Source of the DNA: Malacoraja senta
Taxonomy: Eukaryota
Length of the DNA stretch: 64,000 nucleotides
Direction of reading: 5' to 3'
Assembly (NCBI GenBank): GCA_038087875.1
Contig: CM075996.1
Location: forward strand, 10,108,001 to 10,172,000
The position numbers and the translations under genes were made by a program. Below are positions 37,655 to 49,963 of this stretch, piece after piece. Below the pieces are notes generated by a model. It worked only from the letters and a program-made list of their open reading frames with translations, did not search any database and had not been told where the DNA came from. Positions within the stretch are counted from its first letter, which is position 1; every line of letters begins with the position of its first letter.

Positions 37655-38488
37655 GAGATTCCTTTATTTGTCATTCAGACCTTTCGGTCTGAACGAAATT
37701 TCGTTGCCTGCAGTCATACATATAATAATAAATAACAAAACACACAATAAACACAAATTAACATCCACCACAGTGAGTTCACCAGGCACCTCCTCACTGT
37801 GATGGAGGCAAAAGTCTTAAAGTCTCTGTCTCTTCCCGCTTTTTTCTCCCTCTGCGCTGAGGCGATCCAGGCTTCTGATGTTATGACCCCGCCGGGCGAC
37901 GGTAAGCCAGTCCCGCGGCCGAATCCGTGCTCCGCGACGGGCCGGCTCAAACTCCGCGGCCCGGGATGGCCGAAGCTGCCGAAGCTGCCGCCCTCCAGTC
38001 CAGCGGACGCAGCTGTAGTTGCGGGAGCCCCAGAAAAACAGGTCACCAACCTGTGACCTGCACGCTCCCGACGATGTCGTCCACTGGGCCCGCGGCCGAG
38101 CCTCCGGATTCAGGTCGCCACCAGTGTCCTCGGTCGCCACCGCCGGAACGCCACCGCAGCCCCGAAGCAGGCCAGCCCCCCGCTGGTAAGTCCTGGCTCT
38201 GCCTCCGGAGCCTCGAGGTCGGTCGCTCGCAGTTGGAGTTGGAGGCCGGCAGCTCCGCCATTAGGCCTCGGCGCAGACGGAGGCAGAGAAGGGGGATACG
38301 ACAAGAAAAAGTCGCATTCCCCCGAAGGAAGAGACAAAAATCATGTTTCACCCCCCCACCCCACACATACACAACCCAATAAACTAAAATTTAACTAAAA
38401 CAGGACAAAAGAAAACAACAACAAAAGTAAAAACAGACAGACCGCAGGCGAGCCGCCGCTGTTCGACAGCGCCGCCACTTCCGGAAGT
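37655..38488 (-). mobile_element. ORF-less CpG-rich retroposon with Rex1-like 3' end
   Basis: 5' GGCGGCGCTG..GCTCGCCTGCGGTCTGTC, T-rich block, GC-rich core, 3' hairpin TTCAGACC-TTTC-GGTCTGAA, AATAAA. Confidence 0.6.
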
Positions 38489-40328
38489 TCAGATTTACAG
38501 TGTGGAGCCAGGCCCTTCAGCCCACCAAGTCCGTATCGACCAGCGATCCCCGCACACTAACACTACGCTACGCACAAGAGGGACAATTTGACATTCATAC
38601 ATTTATTCCAAGCCAATTGACATATATACCTGTACGTTTTTGATGTGTGGGAGGAAACCGAAGATCTCGGAGAAAACCCACGCAGGTGACGGGGAGAACG
38701 TACAAACTCCGTACAGACAGCACCCGGAGACAGGATCGAACCCGGGTCTCTGGCGCTGTGAGGCAGCAACTCTACCGCTACGCCACCACGCCGCCCGACA
38801 TTTTGTACGCATGCACCTCTTCCAATCTTATCTACTGCATTCAGTGCTCCCTATGTGGCCTCCTCAATGTCAAGGAAACCAAGCGTAGAGTAGGCGACCG
38901 TTTCGCTGAATACACCACCCGTACAGACAGCAATGTAGTCAGGATGGAACCCGGGTCTCTGGCGCTGTGAGGCAGCAACTCTACCGCTGCGCCACCGTGC
39001 CAACGTTTTAACAGATGAAGGGACAGAACGTTTGAGCTCATGTATTGTCTGTAATGTGCCGGGTTTTCAAGCCCTTTCTGTTTATAGTACAGCAAGAGCA
39101 CACACGCTGTCACCACAAGCCGGTGTGATACGGACAATGCTGATTGCCCACACTGACTGTGCCATTAGAGGGAGCTCAGCCCCAACTATATGCAGACAGT
39201 GAAAGGCCTGGATAGAGTGGATGTGGAGAGGATGTTTCCACTAGTGGGAGAGGCTAGGACCAGAGGTCGCAGCCTCAGGATTAAAGGATCTTCCTTTAGG
39301 AATGAGATGAGGAGGGATGTCTTTAGTCAGAGGGTGGTGAATCTCTGGAATTCTTTGCCACAGACGGCTGTGGAGGCCGTCAGAGGATATTTTGAAGGCT
39401 GGGAAAGATAGATTCTCGATTAGTACGGGTGTCTGGGGTTATGGGGAGAAGGCAGGAGAATGGGGTTGAGAGGGAAAAAGAGATCAGCCATGATTGAATG
39501 GTGAGGTAGAGTTGATGGGCCGAATGGCCTAATTCTGCTCCTATCACATACAAACATGAACTGATGAATATGAGAGGACACACCAAGGCGACAGTCTCAG
39601 TGTTCAGGCAGCTTTGGAGAGATGGCATCAGAGAGATTTGGCCTTTGTCCTAACCCTTCCACTGTGCCTGCCTGCCTGCCAAGAGCCAGTTTGGGTGCGT
39701 AGTCTACTGAGAGTGCTGTTTACTTTCCTTGATCCAACATGCACTGCACAAGCTGTAGGTTAAACACACATTCCCCCTGAGCTAATTCACCTTCTGTCAC
39801 AGTTAATTTACTCTCTGCCATAATTAACCCATCCTTCACCATGAGAAACGCTCTCTCCACTGCAGTCAATCCACGCTTAGCTTCACCAGTCTGAGCTTTA
39901 AGTACAGGAGTTTGGACATCGCAATACAGCTGCACTAAATGTTACTCCCTTTATCCAGTATTCTTCCACTAAATATTATTAAAACATAGGAACACAGAAC
40001 ATAGGAACATAGATATTGGTGCAGGAGTAGGCCATTCGGCCCTTCGAGCCAGCACCGCCATTCAATATCACATACAAACATGAACTGTCTGAAGAAGGGT
40101 TTCGGCCCGAAACGTTACCTATTTCCTTCGCTCCATAGATGCTGCTGCACCCGCTGAGTTTCTCCAGCATTTTTGTGTACCTCCGCCATTCAATATGATG
40201 GCTGATCATCAAGAATCAGTACCCCGTTCCTGCTTTCTCCCCATATCCCTTGATTCCTTTAGCCCTAAGAGCTCTATCTAACTCTCCTCTTGAAAACATC
40301 CAGTAAATTGGCGTCCACTACCTTCTGT

Positions 40329-41146
40329 AATTTGATTTGATTTGATTTGATTCAACTTTATTGTCATTGTCTTCAAGTAAGAGACAACGAAATACTATTT
40401 CCCAGTCATACGAATAAAAAATAAAAAAAACACACAACACGATAGTCCACAACACAAACATCCCCACAGCGGCAACAGAGTTCCCCACTGTGAGGGAAGG
40501 CACCAAAGTCCAGTCAACCTCCTCGCTGATGTTCCCCGATGTTCACCCGTGGTCGTGGCCTCGCGTGGCCCTCTCGTCGGGAACGATGGAACCCCGACGT
40601 CGGGCGGAAGAACATCCTCAGCGGCCTGGACCTCGGAATCGGCCGCCTCCCACCGGAGTCCGCGGCTCCCGAAGTCCACAGGCCGAGCTGGGCGGAGATT
40701 CAATGCTGGCGGCCCCCGGCAAAGGGTCCCAGGACTCTGCGATGTTGGTCAGCGCCGCCCGCGCCGGGAGCTCTGCAGACCACAGCTCCGTGAGGTCGAT
40801 GCAGCAGGCCTAACACTCCGGAGCCTCAAACGGCGATCCCAGGTGAGGCATCGCCCGCTCCGCGATGTACCCAGCGCTGCGCCGCCGCTGCTGAAGCTCT
40901 GATCCGGTCCCCGGCAGGAAAGGCCACACCAATCCAGTTGGTAGGCCACGAGGAGGAAAGCAAGTGCGCGACTCGGATAATAATCGCATCCTCGCCAGGA
41001 AGTGACTGAAGGACGGTTTCCCCCTTACCCTACTCCCCTCCCCCACATAAAACACAAAAATAAAACCCCAAAAACATACTAAAAATAAAAAAGATACAAA
41101 GACAAACAGACTGCAGGCGGAGGCAGCCATCAACAGCGCCACCAGA
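40329..41146 (-). mobile_element. ORF-less CpG-rich retroposon inserted into a CR1 3' end
   Basis: (TCAAA)n tail; same modular layout; CR1 flanks rejoin (CCTTCTGT|GGCAGAGAATTCC). Confidence 0.6.
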
Positions 41147-42244
41147 TGTGGCAGAGAATTCCACAGATTCACAACTCTCTGGGTGAAAAAGTCTTTCCTC
41201 ATCTCACCTAAATGCCCTACCCCTCTTTCCCTTTATCCTGTATCTTTTTAGTTTAATTTTAGTTTAAAGATACAGTGTGTAAATTTCACCTTATCTCCTT
41301 CCTAAAGGTACGTCCTTTTATTCTGAGGCTGTGCCCTCTAGTCCTAGACTCTCCCACTGGTGGAAACATCCTCTCCACATCCACTCTATCCAGACCTGAG
41401 GGGGATTGCCAGGATAGGTGCCGCAACCTGGGAGTAATCAAGCTCAACTCCCCCCACCCACCCACCCACCCACCCACCACGACCACCCCACCCGCCCCAA
41501 AATAAAACCTGGTTGCCTGATGGTTTAGTTTAGTTTAGTTTAGAGATACAGCGTGGAAACAGGCCCTTCAGTCCACTGAGTCCACACCGGCCAGCGATCC
41601 CCGCACACTTACACTATCCTACAAACACAAGGGACAATTTACAATTATACCAAGCCAATTAACCTACAAACCTGTACGTCTTTGGAGTGTGGGAAGAAAC
41701 TGGAGATAACCCATGCTGGTCACGGGGAGAACGTACAAACTCTCGTGGTCAGGAATGTATAAAAAACCCACGCAGGTCACAGGGAGAATGTATGGACAGT
41801 ACCTGTAGTCAGGATGGAACCGTGGTCTCTGGCGCTGTGAGGCAGCAACTCTACCGCTGCACCACCGTGTCGTCATATCTCAAGCACTGAATGTTATTCC
41901 CTTTCTCCTGTATCTGTACACTGTGGACAGCTTGCTTGCAATCATGTACCGTCTTTCCACCGACTTGCACGCAACAAAAGAGCTTTTCACTGTACCTCGT
42001 TACACCTGACAATGTTCAACTAAACTAAGCTGGTCACGTTGGTGGTGAGACCACACTTGGAGTACAGTGTGCAGCTCTGGTCACCCGAGCTACACCGTAT
42101 GTAGTTCTGGCTACAGCAAGCTCAACTGTATATAGAAAAGATTCACGACGATGGCTTGACTTATAGGAGAGGCGGGATACGCAGGTGGTGTTTTCATTGG
42201 AGCATTGGAGATTGTGGAGTAAATGTGGATGGGTATATAAGACC

Positions 42245-42697
42245 ATGAGGGTGCCAAGGAGGATTCTCCTGAACTTCTACAGGTGCACAGTAGAGAGCAT
42301 ACTCACTGGCTGCATCGTGGCCTGGTTCGGCAACTTGAATGTCCTGGAGCGGAAAAGGCTGCAAAAAGTTGTGAACACTGCAAAATCCATCACCGGCTCT
42401 GACCTCCCCACCATCTAAGGGATTTATCGCAGTCGCTGCCTCAAAAGGCGGCCAATATCATCAAAGACCCACACCATCCTGGCCACACACTCATTTCACC
42501 ACTGCCATAGGGAAGAAGGTACAGGAACCTGAAAACTGTAACGTCCAGGTTCAGGAACAGCTTCTTCCACACAGCCATCAGGCTATTAAACATGACAACA
42601 AATAAGCTCTGGACTACTGCAGACTATTATTATTATTGCACTATCATTGTTATTTATTGAGTATGTGTGAATGTGTACATAGACACACTGAACTTTT
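42245..42697 (+). mobile_element. Rex1/L2-like LINE 3' fragment
   Basis: 'FYRCTVESILTGCIVAWFGN' RT C-terminal region. Confidence 0.8.
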
Positions 42698-43378
42698 TTC
42701 AGGCAGAGTGTAGGCCACCAAACTCAATTTCACAGCATTTCGGGCAGAGTGCAGGCCACCAAACTCACTTTTTGCAGCATTTTGGGCAGAGTGCAGGCCA
42801 CCAAACTCAATTTCACGGCATTTCGGGCAGAGTACAGGCCACCAAATTCAATTTCACAGCATTTCAAGCAGAGTGCAGGGCACCATATTCAATTTCAAAG
42901 CATTTCAGGCAGTGCAGGCCGCCAACCTCAATTTCATAGCATTTCAGGCAGAGTGCAGGCCGCCAATCTCAATTTCATAACATTTCAGGCAGAGTGCAGG
43001 CCGCCAACCTCGATTTCATAGCATTTCAGGCAGAGTGCAGGCCGCCAACCTCAATTTCATAACATTTCAGGCAGAGTGCAGGCCACCAGCCTCAATTTCA
43101 CAGCATTTCAGGCAGAGTGCAGGCTGCCAAACTCAATTTCACAGCATTTCAGGCAGAGTGCAGGCTGCCAAACTCAATTTTGCAGCATTTCAGGCAGAGT
43201 GCAGGCCGCCAAACTCAATTTCACAGCATTTTGGGCAGTGTAGTCCCCCCAAACTCAATTTCGCAGCATTTTGGGCAGAGTGCAGGCCCCCAAACTCAAT
43301 TTCACAGCATTTCTGGCAGAGTGCAGGCCACCAAATTCAATTTCACAGCATTTCTAGCAGAGTGCAGACCACCAAATT
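42698..43378 (+). repeat. 41-bp minisatellite, ~16-17 copies
   Basis: Unit ~CATTTCAGGCAGAGTGCAGGCCGCCAAACTCAATTTCACAG; period 41 (e.g. 42981, 43022, 43063). Confidence 0.9.
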
Positions 43379-43539
43379 GCCAAACAACTCATTGCCCCAT
43401 GACTGTGGAACAGCATCCCCTTTCCCATCAGAACTGCCCCCTCCATCGACTCTTTTAAGTCAAGACTAAAAACTTATCTTTACTCCCAAGCCTTTCCTGA
43501 CGTCCTCTGAGTGAGGGCTACATGTATATATGTATGTAG

Positions 43540-44412
43540 GTACACAAAAATGCTGGAGAAACTCAGCGGGTGCAGCAGCATCTATGGAGCGAAGGAAATA
43601 GGTAACGTTTCGGGCTGAAACCCTTCTTCAGACTGATAGGGGGTGGGGAGAAGAAAGGAAAAAAGGCGGAGGAGGAGCCCGAGGGCTGGGGGAGGGGAGG
43701 AGACAACCAGAGGGCTGATGAAGGGGAGGGGACAGCAAGGGCTAGCAGAATTGGGAGAATTCAATGTTCAAGCCCCCAGGATGTAGACTGCCCAAGTGGA
43801 ATATGAGGTGCATTTCCTCCAATTTCCGGTGTTGCTCGCTGTGGCCATGGAGGAGACCCAGGACAGAGAGGTCAGATACGGAATGGGAGGGGGAGTTGAA
43901 GTGCTGAGCTACTGGGAGGTCAGGTTGGTTATTGCGGACCGACCGGAGGTGTTCGGCGAAACGATCGCCAAGCCTCCGCTTGGTCTCACCGATGTAGATC
44001 AGCTGGCATCTAGAGCAGCGGATGCAATAGATGAGGTTGGAGGAGATGCAGGTGAACCTCTGTCGTACCTGGAACGACTGCTTAGGTCCTTGAATGGAGT
44101 CGAGGGGGGAGGTGAAGGGACAAGTGTTGCATCTCTTGCGGTTGCAAGGGAAAGTACCCGGGGAGGGGGTGGTATGGGAGGGAAGGGAAGAATTGACAAG
44201 GGAGTTACGGAGGGAGCGGTCTTTGTGGAAGGCAGACATGGGGGGAGATGGGAAGATGTGGCTAGTGGTGGGGTCACGTTGGAGGTGGCGAAACTGACGG
44301 AGGATCACTTGTTGTATGTGACGGCTGGTGGGGTGAAAGGTGAGGACTAGGGGGACTCTGCCCTTGTTGTGAGTGGGGGGATGGGGAGAGAGAGCAGTGT
44401 TGCGGGGTATGG
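43540..44412 (-). mobile_element. 5'-truncated Penelope-like element with GIY-YIG endonuclease and 3' terminal repeat
   Basis: ORF 43742-44308 'CNRKRCNTC...SSNLIYCIRCSRCQLIYIGETKRRLGDRFAEH...GLN'; 16-bp TSD GTATATATGTATGTAG at 43524-43539 and 44511-44526. Confidence 0.92.
43602..43635 (-). ncRNA. Minimal hammerhead-ribozyme core in the Penelope terminal repeat
   Basis: CAGT-CTGAAGA-AGGG-TTTCAG-CCC-GAAAC-GTT-AC; intact core also at 40089-40118 (+) and ~5050-5080 (-). Confidence 0.55.
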
Positions 44413-44639
44413 CAACTCTCGTTAAGAGGTCAAGATGAGACTTTTAGCTATATAGATGAGGGGCAAGTTGTTCACTGAGGAGGAGATGCCAGAGGTAGCT
44501 GTAGAGGCGGGTATATATGTATGTAGTTTGTTTTGTTTATGCTATTCTTATAACAAATGTAAAGCACTTTGGCCAACGAGAGTTGTTTTTTAAATGTGCT
44601 ATATAAATAAATGTGACTTCACTTGACTTGATTGCATTG

Positions 44640-45044
44640 TCATTAAGGGCTAACAAATCATTTATTGCAAGTACATTCCAGACTCACAGTTCAGTTGATT
44701 CACAGCTTAGAATCACAGTTGTGGACTCTCCCTCACGATCTTCCAGAGTGACTGACTCACGTCCAGGCACCGGGGGGTTTATAGTCCTGCCCCCCCCCCG
44801 GAAGGGGCGTCACCATCGTGGTGATGGACAGGCGAGAGGACCAATCAGCAGATCTCAAGATTTTTTAAACACTCATAACTTTTTTATTTTTCATCGATCG
44901 GAAAAATCCTCAGGGCTGCCTCAGCGGAGGAGGACTGTGAGTAAGATGGCCAAAAATCATAGTGGTGTATGGTAGCGTTTTTTTCTAAAATCAATATATG
45001 GCGCAGACAGGAAGTGGTCAAGATGAGACTTTTAGCTATATAGA
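44640..45044 (-). mobile_element. Helitron-like non-autonomous element, 5' part
   Basis: A|TCTATATAGCTAAAA terminus at 45044; similar to 34300-34584. Confidence 0.5.
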
Positions 45045-46079
45045 TGAGGGGCAAGTTGTTCACTGAGGAGGAGATGCCAGAGGTAGCTGTAGTGGCGGGT
45101 ACAATTGCAATGATTAAAAGATATTTAGACAGGTACGTGGATAAAAAAGGTTTGTAGGGACATGGGCTGATATGAGTGATACAAGCTCAGAATGACAGCT
45201 TGGTCAGGATGGACGAATAGAGCCCAAGGGCCTGCCTCCGTGCTGTAAGAGTCTATGATTCATTCTCCACCACAGTTAACCCATTCCCCATCTACTGTAA
45301 TAATAGAAAATGTTGAAAGCTCGGGGAGCATCCGTGGAAACAAAGTTAACATTTCAGGCTGAAGGTGAAGCCACTCTTTATCACAATTAGGGATGGAACG
45401 GTGGCGCAGCGGTGGAGTTGCTGCCTCGCGGCGCCAGAGACCCAGGTTCGATCCTGACTACGGGTGCCGTCTGTACGGAGTTTGTACGTTCTCCCCGTGA
45501 CCTGCATGGGTTTTCTCCGGGTGCTCCGGAACCCCCCCACACTCCAAAGACGCCCAGGTTTGTAAGTTAATTAGCTGGGTATGAATGCAAATTGTTCCTA
45601 GTGTGTGTAGGATGGTGTTAATGTGCGGGGATCGCTGGTCAGTGCGGACTCGGTGGGCCGAAGGGCCTGATTCTGCGCTGTATCTCTAAACTAAAACTAA
45701 ACTGAACAATTCACCCTCCCTCCACTATCCATGTCACCTACCCATGTCCTCCAGAGATGTTTCCTGAGCCGCCGAGTTACTCCAGCACTTTGTCCTTCTC
45801 CATTGCAATTAACCCACACCCCACCACAGTTAACCCATTATCCACCAGTGAGAAGCCTCTCTTCATCTAAACATAACACATTCTCAACCACAGTGAGCAC
45901 ATTCTTCACCACATCAAAATATAATAACCAACTCACGAATCTTAGATGGTATTGGTGTCCATTATTTATTCTAGCTCAGACACATACACTGACCCTGGGA
46001 ATAGTTTAGGATTGGGTTCCAGAGTGTGGTGCTCACACTGATTCTAGTCACTGTGCACGAACGCTGGTACTAACAGCTG

Positions 46080-46494
46080 CACCATGGAAAGCATCTTATC
46101 AGGACGCATCCCAGGTTGGTTTGGGAACAGCTCCATCCAAGACAACAAGAAATTGCAGCAGATTGTGGTCGCAGCCCAGACCTTCACACAAACCAACCTC
46201 CCTTCCATTGACTCCATTTATACCTCATGCTGCCTCGGCAAGGCCAGCTGCATAATCAAGGACGAGTCGCACCCTGGCCACTCCCTCTTCTCCCCTCTCC
46301 CAACAGGCAAAAGGTACAGAAGTGTGAAAACGCACACTTCCAGATTCAGGGACAGTTTCTTCCCAGCTGTTATCAGGCAACTGAACCATCCTACCACAAC
46401 CAGAGAGCAGTGCTGAACTACTATCTACCTCATTGGTGACCCTCGGATCGGACTTTGCTGGCTTTACCTCACACTATACATTATTCCCTTATCA
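46080..46494 (+). mobile_element. Rex1/L2-like LINE 3' fragment
   Basis: 'DESHPGHSLFSPLPTGKRYR...DSFFPAVIRQLN'. Confidence 0.85.
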
Positions 46495-47500
46495 CACCAG
46501 GGGGCGCTGCACGATGGCTGCCTCGCCGACTGTCTGTCTTGGTCTTTCCCTTCTTTGTGTTTTTAGTTTGTTGTAAAATGTATTTTTTAGTTTATCTTTT
46601 GTTTTGTACTTTGTGGGGGAAGGGGGTGGGGGAAACTTTCTTTATCTCTTACATCGACGGAGATGCGACATTTTCCGTGTCGTTTCTCCGTCCGCACTGC
46701 GGCCTAACATCGTGGAGCTGACGGCCTCTTGTCCGGGGCTTCTTGAGTTCAAAAACCGCGGAGCCTGCGGACTTTAACATCGTGGAGAGGGCGATCCTGT
46801 TGCCAGGGGTCGGCCTGTGATGCTCCAACCTGCAGGAGCTGCGGACTTTAACATAGTGGAGCCCGCAGTCTCTGGTGAGAGACCGATTTCGGGAACTCCA
46901 AGCCACAGTTTTTGACCGCCCTGACGCGGGAGCTTAGACCGCCCCAGATGGTTTGACTCCCCCGACCGCGGGAGGAAAGGAGGAAAGAAGATAAGACTTT
47001 ATTGCCTTCCATCACAGTGGGGAATGTGGCGGAGTCGCTGTGGTGGATGTTTATGCCAAATTTTATGTAATAATGATAATAATGGATGGGATTTATATAG
47101 CGCCTTTCTAATACTCAAGGCGCTTTACATCGCATTATTCATTCACTCCTCAGTCACACTCGGTGGTGGTGAGCTACTTCTGTAGCCACAGCTGCCCTGG
47201 GGCAGACTGACGGAAGCGTGGCTGCTAATCTGCGCCTACGGCCCCTCCGACCACCACCAATCACTCACACACATTCACACACACGCACACACAGGCAAAG
47301 GTGGGTGAAGTGTCTTGCCCAAGGACACAACGACAGTATGCACTCCAAGCGGGATTCGAACCGGCTACCTTCTGGTTGCCAGCCGAACACTTAGCCATCT
47401 GTCGTCTATGTAGTTGTTATGACTCTATGGCAAACCAAATCCCTTGTATGTTGCAAAACATACTTGGCTAATAAATTATGATTATGATTATGATTATGTA
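46495..47500 (+). mobile_element. ORF-less retroposon with (TTATGA)n tail, interrupted by a SINE
   Basis: Same 5' and 3' modules as the 37655 and 40329 elements. Confidence 0.6.
47070..47406 (-). mobile_element. Second SINE family: tRNA head, CORE-like domain, L2-type tail
   Basis: B box GGTTCGAATCC, TCCTTGGGCAAGACACTT, tail GTAAAGCGCCTTGAG..AAAGGCGCTATATAAAT..(ATT)n; TSD TATGTA at 47064-47069 and 47407-47412. Confidence 0.75.
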
Positions 47501-48532
47501 TTTATACACTGTAAATGGCTCGATTGTAATCTTGTATTGTCTCTCTACTGACTCGATAGACAGAACAAAAGCTTTTCACTGTACCTCGGTACACGTGACA
47601 ATAAACTAAACTGAACTGGTCGTGGGAATGAGATGCTTGGTTTCCTGCTGAAAATGTAGTGGAACTCTGGCCTGGGAACACAGCGATATTGGCTCCCTGA
47701 ACTGTGGTCCTAACTCTGCCCCTTGGAACGTGATGGGAACGAGGTCTCACATTGTAAGAGAACTTCAAGACTGGACCTGAACTTCCTTGAGTTTGCATTG
47801 GTGGCATCCTGACTTATTTGAGAAGATTTAGTGTTTGAAATCTTTTCCCATGGATACGGACATCAATAACAAGAGGGCGTGGGCTTGAGGTGAGAGGAAG
47901 AAGCTTTAAGATGCGTTTAAGATATGCTATTTGAGAGATACGTTTTTTTCATTTTTAAGGTTACGTTTTTTAAGATTGATGTCTGGAACACTAAGCCAGA
48001 AGAAGAGATGGAATTAGTTCAGTTTAGTTTTTTGTCACTTGTACCGAGGTACAGTGAAAAGCTTTTGTTGTGTGCTAACCAGTCAGCGGAAAGACAATTC
48101 AAGATGACATTCGAGCCATTCACAGTGTAAGTAAGTAAGTAAGTTTATTGGCCAAGTATTCACATACAAGGAATTTGCCTTGGTGCTCCGCCCACAAGTA
48201 ACAACATGACATACAGTGACAGTTACGAATGACTCAGAAAAGACTAAACATTAATAATAATAATGTTATTATTATTACGGATACAGGCTAAAGGGTATAA
48301 CATGAATAACGGTTGGTGCAATATAAAGCCAGTAAAGTCCGATCAAAGATAGTCTGAGGGTCTCATATGCAGTAGATAGTAGTTCAGCACAGCTCTCTGG
48401 TTGTGGTAGGATGGTTCAGTTGCCTGATACATTCACTAAGTTAAAACAGGCATTTTCAATAAGCAAAGCTTGGAAGAATATGGTCCTACTGCAGACATAT
48501 GTGTAGAGTGGTGTAGATGGGCAAAAAGTCTA

Positions 48533-49000
48533 GATAGACACAAAATGCTGGAGTAACTCAGCGGGACAGACAGCATCTCTGGATAGAAGGAATGGGTGAC
48601 GTTTTGGGGAGACCCTTCTTCAGACTGAGAGTCGAGGGAAAGGGAGACACAGATATAAGAAACTGTGAGGTGTGAAAACGAGATATCAAAGGGGATGCAG
48701 ATCAGGGAAAATGTAGGATTATTAGCTCGGAGAAGGTGACAACGAAGCACGGAGATAAGATTTAATCAGGGGGATAGTCAGACTGGTCAGAGAACTAGGA
48801 TGGGGGATGAAGAGAGAGGGAAAGCAAGGGCTAATTGAAATTAGAGAAGTCAATGTTCATACCCGCTGGGTTGCAAGCTACCCAAGTGAAATATGAGGTG
48901 CTGTTCCTCCAATTTGCGCTGGGCCTCACTCTGACAATGGAGGAGGCCCAGGACAGAAAGGTCAGTGTGGGAATGGGGAAGGGGAGTTGAAGTGTTTAGT
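48533..49000 (-). mobile_element. Penelope-like 3' fragment
   Basis: 'DLSVLGLLHCQSEAQRKLEEQHLIFHLGSLQP' plus terminal repeat. Confidence 0.85.
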
Positions 49001-49589
49001 ATTTGCCTGCCTGACAAATGGTCGAAATGGGCCCTTTGGCCCACCATGCCAATGCTAGCCTTGCTTGCTTAGTGCTCGGTGGCGCAGCGGTAGAGTTGCT
49101 GCCTCATAGCGCCAGAGACCCGGGCTTGATCCTGGGCAATCAGCATTGACCGTATCACACCAGCTTGTGGTGACAGCGTGTGTGCTCTTGCTGTTAGTAT
49201 AAACAGAAAGGGCTTGAAAACCCGGCACAATGTGGGCAATACATGAGCTCAAACGTTCTGTCCCTTCATCTGTTAAAAGGTTGGCACGGTGATGCAGCGG
49301 TAGAGTTGCTGCCTCACAGCGCTAGAGACCCCGGGTTCCATCCTGCCTACAGGTGCTGTCTGTACTGAGTTTGTACGTTCTCCCAGTGACCTGTGTGGGT
49401 TTGCTCTGAGATCTTTGGTTTCCTCCCACACTCCAAAGACGTGCAGGTTTGTAGGTTAATTAGCTTTGGTAAAATATTCCCCAGTGTGTAGGATAGTGCT
49501 AGTGTACGGGTGATCACTGGTCGGCGCCAACTCGGTGCCGAAGGGTCTGTTTCTGCGCTGTATCTCTCAACTAAACTAAACACTTTAAG

Positions 49590-49963
49590 CCCTGTCCCAC
49601 TTTGGAGACCTAAACAGCAACCTCTGGTGACCTTGCCCGCCACCCAAAAATAAATCACGGTCGAGGTGACCTGCAACCTCCCTACCACCTCCCACGCATT
49701 TGTTGAAAACCATCCTCGACTATGAAAAAAACCGGCTTCGACTAGACCTGCGACTAAAAAATCTTGATTTTTTAAAACGGCAACCTATTTTTAGTCGAGG
49801 CCTATTTTAATCATGATGAAAACAGGCAGCAACCTAGATGAAGCCTCGTCCACTTTCGACCATTAGGGAGAGTGACCAAAACCTCCCGGTGACCTCATGG
49901 AAACCTTGGGTGGCAGGCAAGGTCACCAGAGGTTGCTGTTTAGGTCTCCTAAGTGGGACAGGG
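49590..49963. mobile_element. MITE with ~57-bp TIRs (Harbinger-like)
   Basis: CCCTGTCCCACTTTGGAGACCTAAACAGCAACCTCTGGTGACCTTGCC.. and its reverse complement; shares CCTGTCCCACT core with 2378-2607. Confidence 0.75.

Noticed and set aside
39720..39935. Possible coiled-coil exon on the minus strand
   Set aside because: Putative acceptor lies in repeat sequence, donor is weak, no recognisable homology
42698..43378. Regular 41-bp repeats resembling a CRISPR array
   Set aside because: Head-to-tail units with no unique spacers, eukaryotic context and no cas genes; it is a minisatellite
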